64,000 bases of DNA. Source: Selaginella moellendorffii. Its lineage: Eukaryota > Plantae > Lycopodiophyta. The translations under genes were made by a program, and so were the position numbers. The stretch lies in assembly GCF_000143415.4 (NCBI RefSeq), contig NW_003314275.1, positions 1,617,955 to 1,681,954 on the forward strand, given 5' to 3'. A model generated the notes under the pieces. That model was not told where the DNA came from and did not search any database. It was given only the letters and a program-made list of their open reading frames with translations. Below are positions 12,266-24,382 of the stretch, piece by piece (the first letter of the stretch is position 1; every line of letters starts with the position of its first letter).

Positions 12266-13897
12266 TTGGTGGAATTAAGGGGCATCTTTGATTGTCCCTA
12301 AAGAGTGTTTAAATTTGGAATTTAAATTTAAATTTAGCTTTTATCTAGATGTCCCTTTCATTATAACTTTTTCAATTTCTTCACTTTTGTTTTTATCTTT
12401 TTCGTTCATCTTCATTGTAGAGAAGCAATTTCCTCTTCTTTTAACTCTAGAGTAGTAGTTAGTGCAATTGCTCAATGCTATGTAATTATTGTTAAACAAT
12501 CAAATTTAATTGATGGCGACATTCACGATGTGTGGTATAGTTGTTACTCTTGGTGCCAATCCTTGCGTCTAACTAGAGTTCTTATGTAGGAGTCATAGGG
12601 ATGATGTGTACTATTGGTTTGATCACTTTACAGTGATTGTTATATATCATTTTTGGGATAATACTTAGCGTTTGTATAAGTTTCCCATATGCCTCCAAAG
12701 AATGGCACTGCAATGGTACAATGGTTTAAGTGTAACCACTTGTGAAGATTGGAGCATTCTTTTGGATATTTTCAAATGTGCATTTGGATATACTAACAAT
12801 TATGATGATGTCTATTAACAATTATATTGTCTTTGTTAAGGCCTATTTGAGTCAATGATGCAATTTGGCATTTGTTTTCAAAGCCTCTTACTTCATGCAG
12901 AGCTAAATATGTCAGAACGAATCAAATTAGGAATGTTGTGGCCAACATTTTATAAAGATTTTATAGGACTTGTGCATGCATTTACTTTAGCCACCTTTGA
13001 TGATGCTCTTCATTTAGCACAATGTTATAAGACATCGCTTCTTCCACTTTTTATTGTATGTTCTTCAGCTTATAAATGGTCCTATTCCAATGAAGGTTAA
13101 TGTTGCTATTGCCTATATTCAAAAATTTGGGGATATGCTAGCCCTATAAATGGCATTTATGCCATTTATCTTTTGCATTTGCTCTAACTGCTCCACATAT
13201 TTAATCCTATGACCGACACCCAAAGGTACCACTAACAAATTAGTCTGTTACTTTAAGGCTATATTCATTCACCTTTATCACATTGGTTGTCCAAGACCAT
13301 TTGCATTATCATCCCGTTTCTCAAAGACTAAATTATTGGTCCATGAGTGGTCATCCCTTGACCACACTTTAGCATCCTTAAAATGCCCAAAGCCATGAAG
13401 AACACCTTTCCTTAATATCGCTTCTTCCATCTCCATTAAATCCTTCTTTATCCACAACTATACTTACCAACACTGCCATTAGGTTAAAGCTTAAAGCCCC
13501 AACCACTAAGTTTCATTGTACTTTGGGACTTTCTCACCATATGACCATATCTTTAATCACTACACTAAAGGATTGTTTTTCTTCCTTTCCATAGTCTAGG
13601 ACTTTAGAACGACATTTTGTATCACCATAGCCTTATGTAAGCCTTGTGAATACTCTCCCCACTTTCTACCTTTAGGTGCTTTAGTTATGTGGCTAGAGTA
13701 AAGTTTCAATGAGCCATATTAAGTATCCAAGTAGGTAGTGCCACCCACATTTAGATTGGGAGTATCGACCATTCGGTCTCCCGAGAGAGTTAAAGTCAGC
13801 TTTTGAACACTTCACTAAACTATTCTACTTATTTGTCTGTATTCATTTTAGCTTTAGACTCTTCAATGGTTATATTATCACCTAGCATATGGGTAAA

Positions 13898-14157
13898 ACT
13901 CCATCTCAAGTCTATCTCTGACTCCATATTAGGTCCTTCTCGGACTCCATCTCAAATTCCATCTTGAATTCCATCTTAAGTCCATCTCGAACTCTATGTT
14001 AGACTCCTTCTCAGGTCCATCTTGGACTCCATCTCAAACTCTATCTCAAACTCCTTCTTGGACTCTATCTCAGACTTCATTTTGGACTCTGTCTTAGATT
14101 TATCTTAGACTTCTTCTCAGACTCCATTTCAAACTCTTTCTTAAACTTCATCTTGAC
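13898..14157. repeat. Degenerate ~12-bp tandem array (consensus ACTCCATCTCRG) inside the retroelement
   Basis: Roughly 20 units of ctccatctc/ctctatctc/ctccttctc. Confidence 0.85.
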
Positions 14158-16964
14158 ACTTCCACATATCATATATTGGTCTTCTTGTGTCTCTTTTCTA
14201 GAGACTCACTTATTGCTTACTTCATACCTGTTCCTTGAGCACTTTGTTGGGAGTTTCACTCCCACTCTCAACTGTCAAAATCAAAGCTTTTAGTCCAAAC
14301 ATATTACACTCATTTAGCTTCTGCTTCGGCCACTACCATATAACACCTGTTCGGCTCCACTTTAGGGTTTAGGGATTTGTGTTTCACAAATTTTTAGAGG
14401 ATGGGTCTATTGAATTGCATGCTAAACCTCATAAACTTACAATCTAATTTGCCGCAATACTCAATACGGTCCCTTCCACTAAACAAAAAACCCTTTAGAG
14501 AAACCATATGTAAGATTGGGAAAATAGACTAACACTAAGTCATCCACTTTGTACTCTGTAGGTGGACAATAGTGGAAGTTGTAGCATTGTTGTTATCCCA
14601 CTTGTACGTGGCCTAGGTGTCCAACAAACTTTGCTTGGCCAAGTGGAAGAATGTTTGTCAAATATTGATCCCAAATTTAGCATTGGCAATTCATGGCAAT
14701 CATGAAATTAAACTCAACTCCATTAGTAGTATCAAATCATGACCATATAAAAGTTTATATGGTGAAGCATTAACAGATTTTAACACCCCTATAACAAATG
14801 TATACTAAAGAGATGGAAAATAGTTCACATACTTCGCGATCATCCCTTTGAAGGTCTGAATGAGCTATTCTACCAAACCATTTGATTGTGGATGATAAAC
14901 ACTCGTGAAAGTGTAGTATATCCCCAACTGAAACGTCAAAACGTGAAACAACTTAGCTATAAATGTGGGATCATTATCTGAAAGAATTCGCTCCAAACAA
15001 GAATGTTAAAACACCACTCAATTAAGGATGAAGTATCAAATAGCAGTTGCAAATGCACTAGCAAGAGCATTAACTTCCACTTAGCAAGTCAAGTAGTCAG
15101 AAGCAATAATGACATACTTATTGTTAATAGTCAACTGTGGAAAAAGTTTCATCAAATCAAATGTCAACAATTCAAATGGACAAGAGGTAACAATTTACTC
15201 ATATTTCTTCTATAGCACAAGAGGGAGTATTACAAGTTTTGCACCAAACATAGCTATGTATATACAGATAATATCACATCGCATCTTTGGCCAATAGAAA
15301 GATTTATGCAGCTTTTTGGTCACATAACGATGTCCCATATGCCCACCTAGAATAGGAGAATCATGGTAGGTATGGAAAAAATTTAGAATAAAGATTGAAA
15401 GCACCACCAACCATAAATGATTATTAGGATTCATTCTTACAAAATAAAGAAGACCATCCTTAAGATGATATTGAAAATATAAATGCTGAAATGGCAAGTC
15501 ATTAGCAAGTGATACAAAATTCTCAAACTCATTGTGAAGCCTTCAAATCCACGATTCAAGCTTTTGAGCCTCATGAACATTATTAAGAGAAGGTTAATTT
15601 TGCTTTGCATCTTGTGGACATTGAATATCAAATACAACAACTATTGATATCATGAAATCCTTATCCAGAAAATCCACAAATGTTGGAATAACAAGCTCGT
15701 CAGAAACATGAGAAGCAAATTCATATATTTGAAGCTTCAAAGCCCACCAAGAAGTACGACGAATTAAATTTTTCCACTTTAGTAATGAAGTAATTGCAAC
15801 ATAATCACCTTTTAATAATATTCGAGAACCATATAGATATGCATGAGATTTCTTGAAACCCTAAATTGCTGCTAAACACTTCTTTATTGTGGAATAGTTT
15901 ATCTCCATTGGTTATAAGGTATAATTGATATATGTAATGGGATGGTATTGACCAAACACACTTGAGCTCTTTTACATCAACACACCTCTAAGATTGATAT
16001 TAGAAGCATCCACACATAAAATAAAAAGTCGAGTGTAATCGGGATACACTAAAACTGAAGGAGTCGTCAATAGCTCCTTGAGATCCGTAAACACCTGTTA
16101 ATAGTTCATAGACCAAATAAATGATGATGTTGACAACTTTAACAACACTTATAATGGTATAGTGAGATCAGATAATGATCAACAAAATGACCGAGATACT
16201 ACACCTTGATCACAAGATGAAGTTCACACACCTAAGGACTCCACAATTTTCAAATAACACCCTTTTCCAACATCTTTTTGACGTTTATACATAAAATTTT
16301 AATCTCTTTTGGTGACCAATAATAGCCAAGAACTTTGATTGAATGAACATCCCCAATTGAAATAGAATAACATATGGCAATCTTGGTCTTAGATGACAAA
16401 GTCAAATTCAAAGAGATCGACATACTCTTTCATGAGTTAGTTAATTACTGAAACATAAAAACATTGAAGAGATCGGAAAAGGGAATAGAGGAACAAGACA
16501 AAAAAATAAGAGTATTAAAAAGACAAAAGTGATGGAAATAGAGGTAAAAGCAGAGGGATGAAAAAAAAAATAAAAGTGAAAAATGGAAAAAATATAAAAA
16601 AGTATAAGACAAAGAGGCTTCAAAATCATATTTGGCATGATTATGCTATAACTAATCTATACTATTGAGATCAAAAGCTTCACTTAGCACCACCATAATG
16701 ACTATAGCTTAAGCTTGAGATTGCTTACATGCACAATTAAGTCCACGTCACCCCTATAAACTTCTAAGTTTGAATTTCCCAGAAAGTCATTCAACTTAAT
16801 ACTATTCGAACCTAACCCCAAATATTCTAAGACCCTTAATCAATTTGAAAAACGAGGTACACTTTTATAATACCATCTACAGATCCACTAATGCCTCCTC
16901 CTGATATTCTTCTAGATCCCAATCTATCCACAAGAGAATCCTAACTGTCTTTCATCATTCATGC

Positions 16965-17102
16965 TATATACTAATATTAGTGTAGTGGGATTTTGATATT
17001 CATCAAATTGGTTATTAATCGCTACTATATATAAATTAGGGTTTTTGGGCTAATTAAAATATATATTTTTGTATTCCAATTTCCATTTTCCATGCACTCA
17101 CA
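16965..17102 (+). repeat. 3' LTR, lacking the first ~30 bp
   Basis: tatactaatatt...tagtgggattttgatatt...cactcaca matches 12121-12265. Confidence 0.75.
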
Positions 17103-17420
17103 ATACCTAATACAACAGTGCAAATTTTGCAGTAGATGATAGGTTAGAGGTAGCCCTTCATATTGTACATATTTTGCATTCTTGAGATGTCTTGATAGGC
17201 ACTACAAGACTAAAAATAGTAGATAGATAGATTCATCTTCCTGCCAATGGAGCTTGGGGCAATTGCCAGGGTGATTCCTTTTTACTTATTTAATGAATGA
17301 GAGAAAGTCAAAGTAATCCTCCTCTTGACTTGTTTTTAGTTTAAATGAATGCAACGAAAAAGCATGGAACTCACCGAAGAAGTTTTTAAGAGCTTTTGGG
17401 ATCCGTGGATTGTGTAAGCT

Positions 17421-18126
17421 ATGGCGGAGGAGAAAGAGGTAAAGCTATTGTATGTCTTTCCCAGCCCCTTTGTTCTTCGAGTGGTGCTAGTTCTTGAGCT
17501 CAAAGGAATCACGTACGAGATCATCCCCGACGATCTCTTCAACAAGAGCTCACTGCTGCTCCAATTGAATCCCCTGTACAAGAAATTTCCCGTCCTGATC
17601 CACAAGGGCCAGCCCATCTGCGATTCGCGCAACATCATCGAGTACCTGGACGAGGCATTCCCACACACGCCCGCGGTTCTTCCCAGAGACCCTCTCGCGC
17701 GATCCAGGGAGCGATTCCTGGCCGAGTTTGTGGAGAACAAGGTAAGCCCCAGAATTTGGATCGAGTCTGAGAGTTTCCTGCCAGATCTTCGCCACTTGCG
17801 GCAATATCAACTTCGGGCTGGGCGCCACTCCCGCGGATCTCGCCAAGAGCTGCGAGCTCTTCGAGGAGGAGCTACGCAAGCACGAATGCACGCCCTTCTT
17901 CGCCGGCGACAAGCTAGGGCTCGTTGATATCGTGCTCCTCGCGCCCGCAATCTGGGCTCGCGACCAAATGCCATCGGCAGATCACTGCCCCAATCTCCAC
18001 AGGCTGCTGTGCGCGCTGCGCGATCATCCAGTCGTGAAATCCGCGCTCCCCGATGCTGACACCGTGGAAACCCTGTTGACCCAAGCCATGCCAATGCTCC
18101 AGCAGCTCTATGGCGGCAAGCCCTAG
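17421..18126 (+). CDS. Tau-class glutathione S-transferase (2 exons, 43-nt intron 17742-17784)
   Basis: SPFVLRV, KSSLLLQLNPLYKKFPVLIH, IIEYLDE, LPRDP, FFAGDKLGLVDI. Confidence 0.95.
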
Positions 18127-18267
18127 GCCTTTAAAATTCATCGAATATTCTCAAAGACATCAAATTTGGCAAGCTACCCTTTAGAATTGTTTGACCTGGA
18201 AACAGAGGAAGGAATTTTTAGGGTTCTTGGAGTGGGGCGAAGATCTGATGAATTCTTGAGTTTGTGT

Positions 18268-19814
18268 ATGGATTTGACGCGGAGGGAGCGGGCGATCTGT
18301 GAATTTGCCTTCCTTGCGTGTTTCTTCTTGTGCTCGGCTGCAGCTTCTTCTACAGCGGGTAAGCATTGCTTCGTTGCAATGTTTCTCATGCGATTTTCGT
18401 GCAATGCGTAGACGTTGTTTTGCGCAGCGGCGCCGATAACAGCCAGAAATTTAATCTTACCCTCGCAAAGATTATGGTGGAGTATGCATCAGCGGTAAGT
18501 TGATTGAGATATTTCGATAGAGCTAGAGGAGATTTGGGATTTTTCTTTCAGATCTTAATAGCTAAGGAATATTTCAGGTATATGTAGATGATCCGGCAGA
18601 GCTGTGGCAATGGAGTTGTGATCGATGTAACAGTCGGACGAAAGTAAGCTTTTAGTATTTCTCGCAAGAATTTCCTTTGCTTTCATCCTTCTTCTTTAAA
18701 GGGATTTGAGCTTGTGGATTTGATCATAGATGTCAAACATTGCCTTCAGGTACGTTAGACGCAACCTTTTTTTTTTTGTTTTCCGTCTTTTTCTTCGTCT
18801 AAATTTTTTCCTGCAGGCTTTCGTTGGCCTGGACAGAAACCTCGGAGCCATTGTCATGGCATTTCGTGGGACTCAAGAAAGCAGGTAATGTGGTTTTCCT
18901 TTCAGTATTTGCAAAAGAAACGAAGACAAACTTGCGTTGCGTAGCGTCCAGAACTGGGTGGAAGATTTATATTTCAGACAACTGGATTTTCACTATCCCG
19001 GATGCGTTGACGCAATGGTACTTGCAGTGGCATTTACGCTCTCATTCTGACTTTGAGATCGTTCTTTTCCGAAGGTTCACCATGGATTCTACTCCGCGTA
19101 CCACAACACAACGCTCAGGCCTCGTGTTCTCGCGGCTGCCCACGCTTTAGTTGGCCAACACAAAGACTTGAAGCTGATGATCACCGGACACTCCATGGGA
19201 GGAGCAATGGCAACCTTTGCTGCTCTGGATCTCGTGGTATGATCCTTTTTTCACATTTGGTCTCTGCGTAGCACTTTTAAGTTTTGGCTGCGTCTCAGGT
19301 GAATCACAAACTAGAAAACGTCCACGTTGTCACCTTCGGCCAGCCTCGAGTAGGCAATCCAGCATTCGCAGACTATTACAGAGCGATGGTGCCGGACACG
19401 ATACGAATGACGCACGCTCACGACTTGGTTCCTCATTTGCCACCTTACTACCCGTTTTTCGGCGAGAGAACTTACCACCACTTTGCAACCGAGGTAAGAC
19501 ATATCAAGATTTGATTTCGCCGGAGCTGGCCCATCGCCCATCTGACAATTTCTATCCAAAACAGGTTTGGATCTACAGCTGTGAAATGGACATCCTAACT
19601 TACGATGTTTTCCGCGTCTGCGACGATTCGGGCGAGGATCCAACTTGTTGCAGGTAGAGAACAAAAAGAAAGAAAAGAAAGAGTTTGAGATTCCTGTTTT
19701 GATCTCGCGAGACCGCTGTGCAGATCGGTGGTAGGAAACAGCGTTTCGGACCATCTTATGTATCTCGGGGTGTTTCTCAAGGCGGAGCCTTTCCTGCAGC
19801 GACAAAGCTCGTAA
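18268..19814 (+). CDS. Class 3 (fungal-type triacylglycerol) lipase, multi-exon, with signal peptide
   Basis: VMAFRGTQES, NWVEDL, VHHGFYSAY, ITGHSMGGA nucleophile motif, TFGQPRVGN, HAHDLVPHLPP, GEDPTC, DHLMYLG. Confidence 0.93.
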
Positions 19815-21353
19815 TGAGCTTGTACAGTATGTGTATAGAAACTATTCTTTCTTTTCTCCTTTTTCTTTTTTTTTTTTGTGGAATCCACTATTGCGATTCT
19901 ACTATTCTACTCTCTAAATCGTCCAGATTATTTTGATTCAAGTGATAGTAGACAAACTTTCGATTAAACGCCTTTCGGACAATTCTAAGAAGCATGTGAT
20001 CTTCCCAAAGCAGCAGACTTAGCAAAAACTTTGGCTGTCTTCGTACAAACAGGGAGCCGTCACATATAAACGGGGCCGTTTTCTTTCTTTTTTTCTATTT
20101 CCCGTTCTTGCTGTTCCCGTTCTTGCTGTCCCAAAGTGGGGCCGTCAACCCGTCACTCGCGCCAAAAAGAAGGACTCGGGCCCCCACGGTTGACGTCACT
20201 GGCGGGCCCTGTCCTTGGCAAGCTTTACACCAGGACTTTAACCAGCGTTTGCCCAACTTTTCTGTTTTCTTTGCTTCGCCACCCTTCTCGTTCAGGTGTA
20301 AACATTTATCTGTGACACCTTTGTCCATATCCAAAACTCTTTTTCTTTCTTTTGTTTTCTCTTGTTTTGCCCTTGTTGTTGTGCCTTAGGCTAGCTAGTC
20401 CAGAAGAAAGAAAGACGGGAAAGCCCCACTGTTGTTTGATCTTGAAGTGCCACCACCCCTAAAGCGAGAGCTTTGATAACATTAGCACGTTGTGGTGGAC
20501 CTCAACCTCACGCACCTCTCTACTTTGGCAAGTTTTGATTAGCACACACACAGACCCAATGAGGATTTTGAAGTTTTGTGATCATTCTCAAAGAACTGTG
20601 TGGATCTTGGAAACAAAAGAGATAATATGAAGCTATGCTATAAGTGGACAAGAGCCTTTCTAAAATCTCAAACCTTCCACTTGTTAGCAGTTTGCTGCCA
20701 CAGTGGTCCATCCCTGGCCCTTTGTATTGCACAGCAATAGTTTCCACACACCAAAAAAAAAAAGTTTTTGTATGTTGCTGTTGGTCCTGGGAAAAGCAAG
20801 CTACTGATCTTTTTCCCCATGAAAAAGATTTTTATTTATGTATTTATTTTGTTTTTTGTCTTTTCTTTTTTCTTTGCTTTTGCTTTGAATGGCTAGGGCC
20901 AAGGCCATTCATCATCAATCCATTTTCAAAATTCAAGTCCTGTGGAGATCAAATGGATGGCGATTGTCACTTGATTTCAGGCTTTGTCTCTTCTTGTTTA
21001 TATTTTCTTACTTTCCACCGGCCACCTTGACGCTAATATAATGTTTCTGAACATTTTCATCAAATTATAATAATAATGTTATTATATAATGTACAAAACT
21101 TTCTTCTATTTTTCGTGTTCACAATAATTCTGGTTGCAGCAATATTCCTTCTTTTTTTTTTCTCTCTGCTTCACCGTTACGGTCTCCAGTCCATCTGGCA
21201 GCAAAGTCAATCAGTCCCCATTATAAAAATCTGGAGATTTTTCCAAAGTTTGTAACACGGCAAGAGGAAATTCACGACGATCAGAGTAAAAAGAGAACTC
21301 GCAGGTACGAACCTGAGAGGTTCTCTGAGATGATATAACACGGCAATGGAAGC

Positions 21354-22663
21354 TTACGCCCATTCCCATGCCCACGCAAACGAGCTCCCCTGTTCACCAC
21401 CACCACTTTGCGCTTCTTCCATGAGGCCTTGCTCGTCCCTACAAGAGCTCTCTTCCAGTTTGATATGTTGTTGCTGCTGACATTGCGGTTGCGGAGCTTG
21501 GCTGTGATGGTCGAGAGCTGGCGGCTCTTGATCGCGAGCAAGGAACTCGTCGGCGTAGAGAAAGACGTGGTGCTGCTCGGCCTCGTTGCAATTGTAAGCA
21601 ACAGTGGCGTCGGCTGTTGTCACAAGTGTCGCTGTTGTTAAGTGTTCTTGAATCGGGCTCTCAACTTCCAAAATCTCGCTGCCATCGCTGTCGGAGCAAA
21701 AGCTCCCCTCCTTCTTGGCGTCCATCATCGATATCGCGGCCTTGATGTCAATGGCTTGTTGCGCACCGTCGAGCTGGGAATTGGTGGTGGAAGCAGGCTC
21801 CTCATGATCGAATTCCATCTTGGCGAGTTCTTCCGCGGCCTCCTGTTTGATGCTCTTGCCCGAGAAAGCTTGCTTGCGAGGATCATCCATGCGAAGCCTC
21901 AGCCGAGAGACCTGTTAGAAAACATTTCATATCAGTATGAATTCGTGGCTCTGGAAAGAGTATCATGCTTGAATTCCAGGAAAGAAGATCTACCTCGGCC
22001 TGGAGCTTGTCCCTCTCTTTGGCAAGATCCACGTAGCTCGCCTTCAAATCGTCATACTCCGACTTGAGGAGATCGTAGTCCTTCTCCAGCTGCTTGGTCT
22101 TCCACCTCGCTCGGCGGTTTTGGAACCACACGGCCACTTGCCTTGGCTGCAATCCAAGCTCCTTGGCCAGCTGAATCTTCCGGTCGGGCTCTAGCTTGTT
22201 CTCGATCTCGAAGTTCTTCTCTAGAGCCTTGACTTGCTCCACCGAGAGCCTCCGCTTCTTCTCGACGTGTTGAGCTATGGATTCGTCGCACAAATCATCG
22301 TCGCCAGCCTCCTCAGTGGAGGCCTCGAAAATTGGGAAGAGAGGACGCTTGTGACAATGCATTCCTTCATCCATTCCTAGAAGAAAAAAGAACCACGCAT
22401 GAGTGAGTGATTGGTATTCATGATAGTTGAAAGCTTGAAAGAGAAGAAAGAAAAGTAGGGAGAATCTTTAATTTGACAAAACCAAGAACTTGGAAGGAAG
22501 AATGGGAAATTTTGAGAAAAAAGGAAGAAAGTGTGAGCCTCTGACCTTGGAATGCCAATGGAGAACACGATGCGATCACCGCCGCCAACCCATCCGCCGC
22601 GGTGCCACATTCCGGAGAGGCGAAAACATCAGCGAACAATCTGGGGGCTCCTGGCGATCCCAT
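21354..22663 (-). CDS. Homeodomain-leucine zipper class I transcription factor (3 exons)
   Basis: [19 protein letters not shown]...[28 protein letters not shown], leucine zipper, Trp-rich C-terminal AHA-like motif FAWAWEWA. Exon 1 (22663-22546) splices in frame to 22376. Confidence 0.95.
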
Positions 22664-22992
22664 ATTCGTCTCGCCAGTACGAGAGTGGGAAGAAAAGAAA
22701 GCCCTCGCTCGCTGCGCACTGCTCGACCTTGTCGCCAAATCCCCTCACATCACAAGAAATCTCCCAAGAAACGCAAATAATCGCTCTTAGACTGAGACTC
22801 TCGGGGAATCGATAGCAGGAGGAGACTCCCAGCACCGCGGGAGACGAAATTCTTGCAAGAAAGAAAGTGGGACAAACCCCTAGAATCCACGCTGCAGCAA
22901 GCGATGCAGTGGGCCACTTGCTCTCTAAGACAACGCGCTACTCCATCGCCATCGCCATCGCGAATTGGAAGCTCCACACAAGAAAGGAGGAG

Positions 22993-22994
<2 letters not shown>

Positions 22995-23026
<32 letters not shown>
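22995..23026. repeat. (GA)n microsatellite upstream of the HD-Zip gene
   Basis: About 14 GA units read directly from sequence. Confidence 0.9.
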
Positions 23027-23029
<3 letters not shown>

Positions 23030-24382
23030 AGGCTCCCTCCAAGCTCAAACGCAAATGCGGCAAATGATCAAACAAATGGGCCTCTTTTAAAAAACTGGGG
23101 CTGCCCACGTCGCGGGTTCGAACCCCGGCGGAGCCGTTATTCCTCGCAGCATTTCGTCATCTTCAAGGACCAAAGAAAAATGCTTTGTGTTTCATCCCAA
23201 GTGACAAACCTGCCATTTCCTTTTAACACTTTTTCTTTGCTTCGCCACCTTTTTTTTTGCCCTAATGTTTACGAATGCGAAGGTCGCATTCGCGAACTTT
23301 AAATGCCTAACCATGTTGCCGGATTTTATATGGTGGCTTCACATGTGGAGGTTGGGTTTGGGAGAATTAGTATTCAAATGCATGGATGTGAGACGTTTCG
23401 TGGATTTTTATAGAGTTTTACTAAGGGAGATAGATCTCCACCGCGTCACGGGCAAAACATCCCTTCTAGGTTATCAAAGAAGTTGGTAGGGTTTGCTCAC
23501 AAGCCAATGGATGGAGACCCACTCCCATACAACCAAGCTTGGTTAGGACAAACCAGCAAAGATTTCTACTGTGCACGCAATTGACAAGCAGCACAAAGGG
23601 TTAGAAATGTATCCCTTCAAAAAAGGGGGGAAGCATGATGTACAACAATGTGTGCTTGCTTGCATTGCACAAATTGTCCCCCACCCAATGCTCACAGATT
23701 TGATGAGAGCTCTACATTAGCCCTCTCAATGTCACCATCCTTGGAGCTCATAGATCTTGGAGCTCCCAATTCCTGGACCACACCACCTCCTTTTTCTCTC
23801 CTTCTTCCTTCCTTCTTCCTTCCTTCTTTTCTCCAGAGCTGGAATTTTAGATTCTGGCCAAGTCCGGCCTCCGGTTCGATCCTCTCATCTATTTTATTAT
23901 ACAGAAGAACAAAAATAGATACAACAAAAAGAAAAGAAATAAAACTGTTTGCTAGTCCAGCATTTACAAGCATTGGAAGTCTCCATTCTCCAATGCTATA
24001 AACAAATAGACAGTATCTATCCAACCAAGGCCACCACAAGATGCCAGCCTCCAAGGAAAAGGCCAGGTAAGTAAGGCGAGGTAATAATCATTAGCATTGT
24101 TTGTGCGTTGAGATTTGCTATGTTGCTGGTTTGTTTTTACCTTTTGTCGCCCCCCAGGTCAATCCTTTTTGTTGTCAGAGATAAAACAAGGGAAGGGAGG
24201 CTCTGGAATTCCGAGAAGATGCCTTTAAGGCATGGAAGATTATGCGGAGAATCTTGGGTAGTCCGCTTCCTTTTTCTTCTCTTGTATTTCTACACTTCGC
24301 ATCATTTTTTCTCTTTCATTGATTCATGACAATTTAAGTCTCATACTTGGTATAGAACATCTTGGCACAATTAGTTTTGATC

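Larger units (their letters stand above)
12091..17102. mobile_element. Degenerate Ty3/gypsy-type LTR retrotransposon (gag on +, pol on -)
   Basis: Direct repeats 12121-12265 and 16965-17102. gag relic ALQWYNGL...WSILLDIFKCAFG on +. Relics on -: RNaseH LTTPSVLVYPDYTRLFILCVDAS, integrase HDSPILGGHMG...FYWPKM and FTSVYHPQSN. Many stops. Confidence 0.85.

Noticed and set aside
13898-14157. Possible CRISPR-like array
   Set aside because: Contiguous degenerate 12-mers without unique spacers; eukaryotic context and no cas genes
19940-24300. miRNA precursors in the long spacers around the HD-Zip gene
   Set aside because: No conserved mature miRNA sequence or long hairpin seen by eye; RNA folding and small-RNA data would be needed
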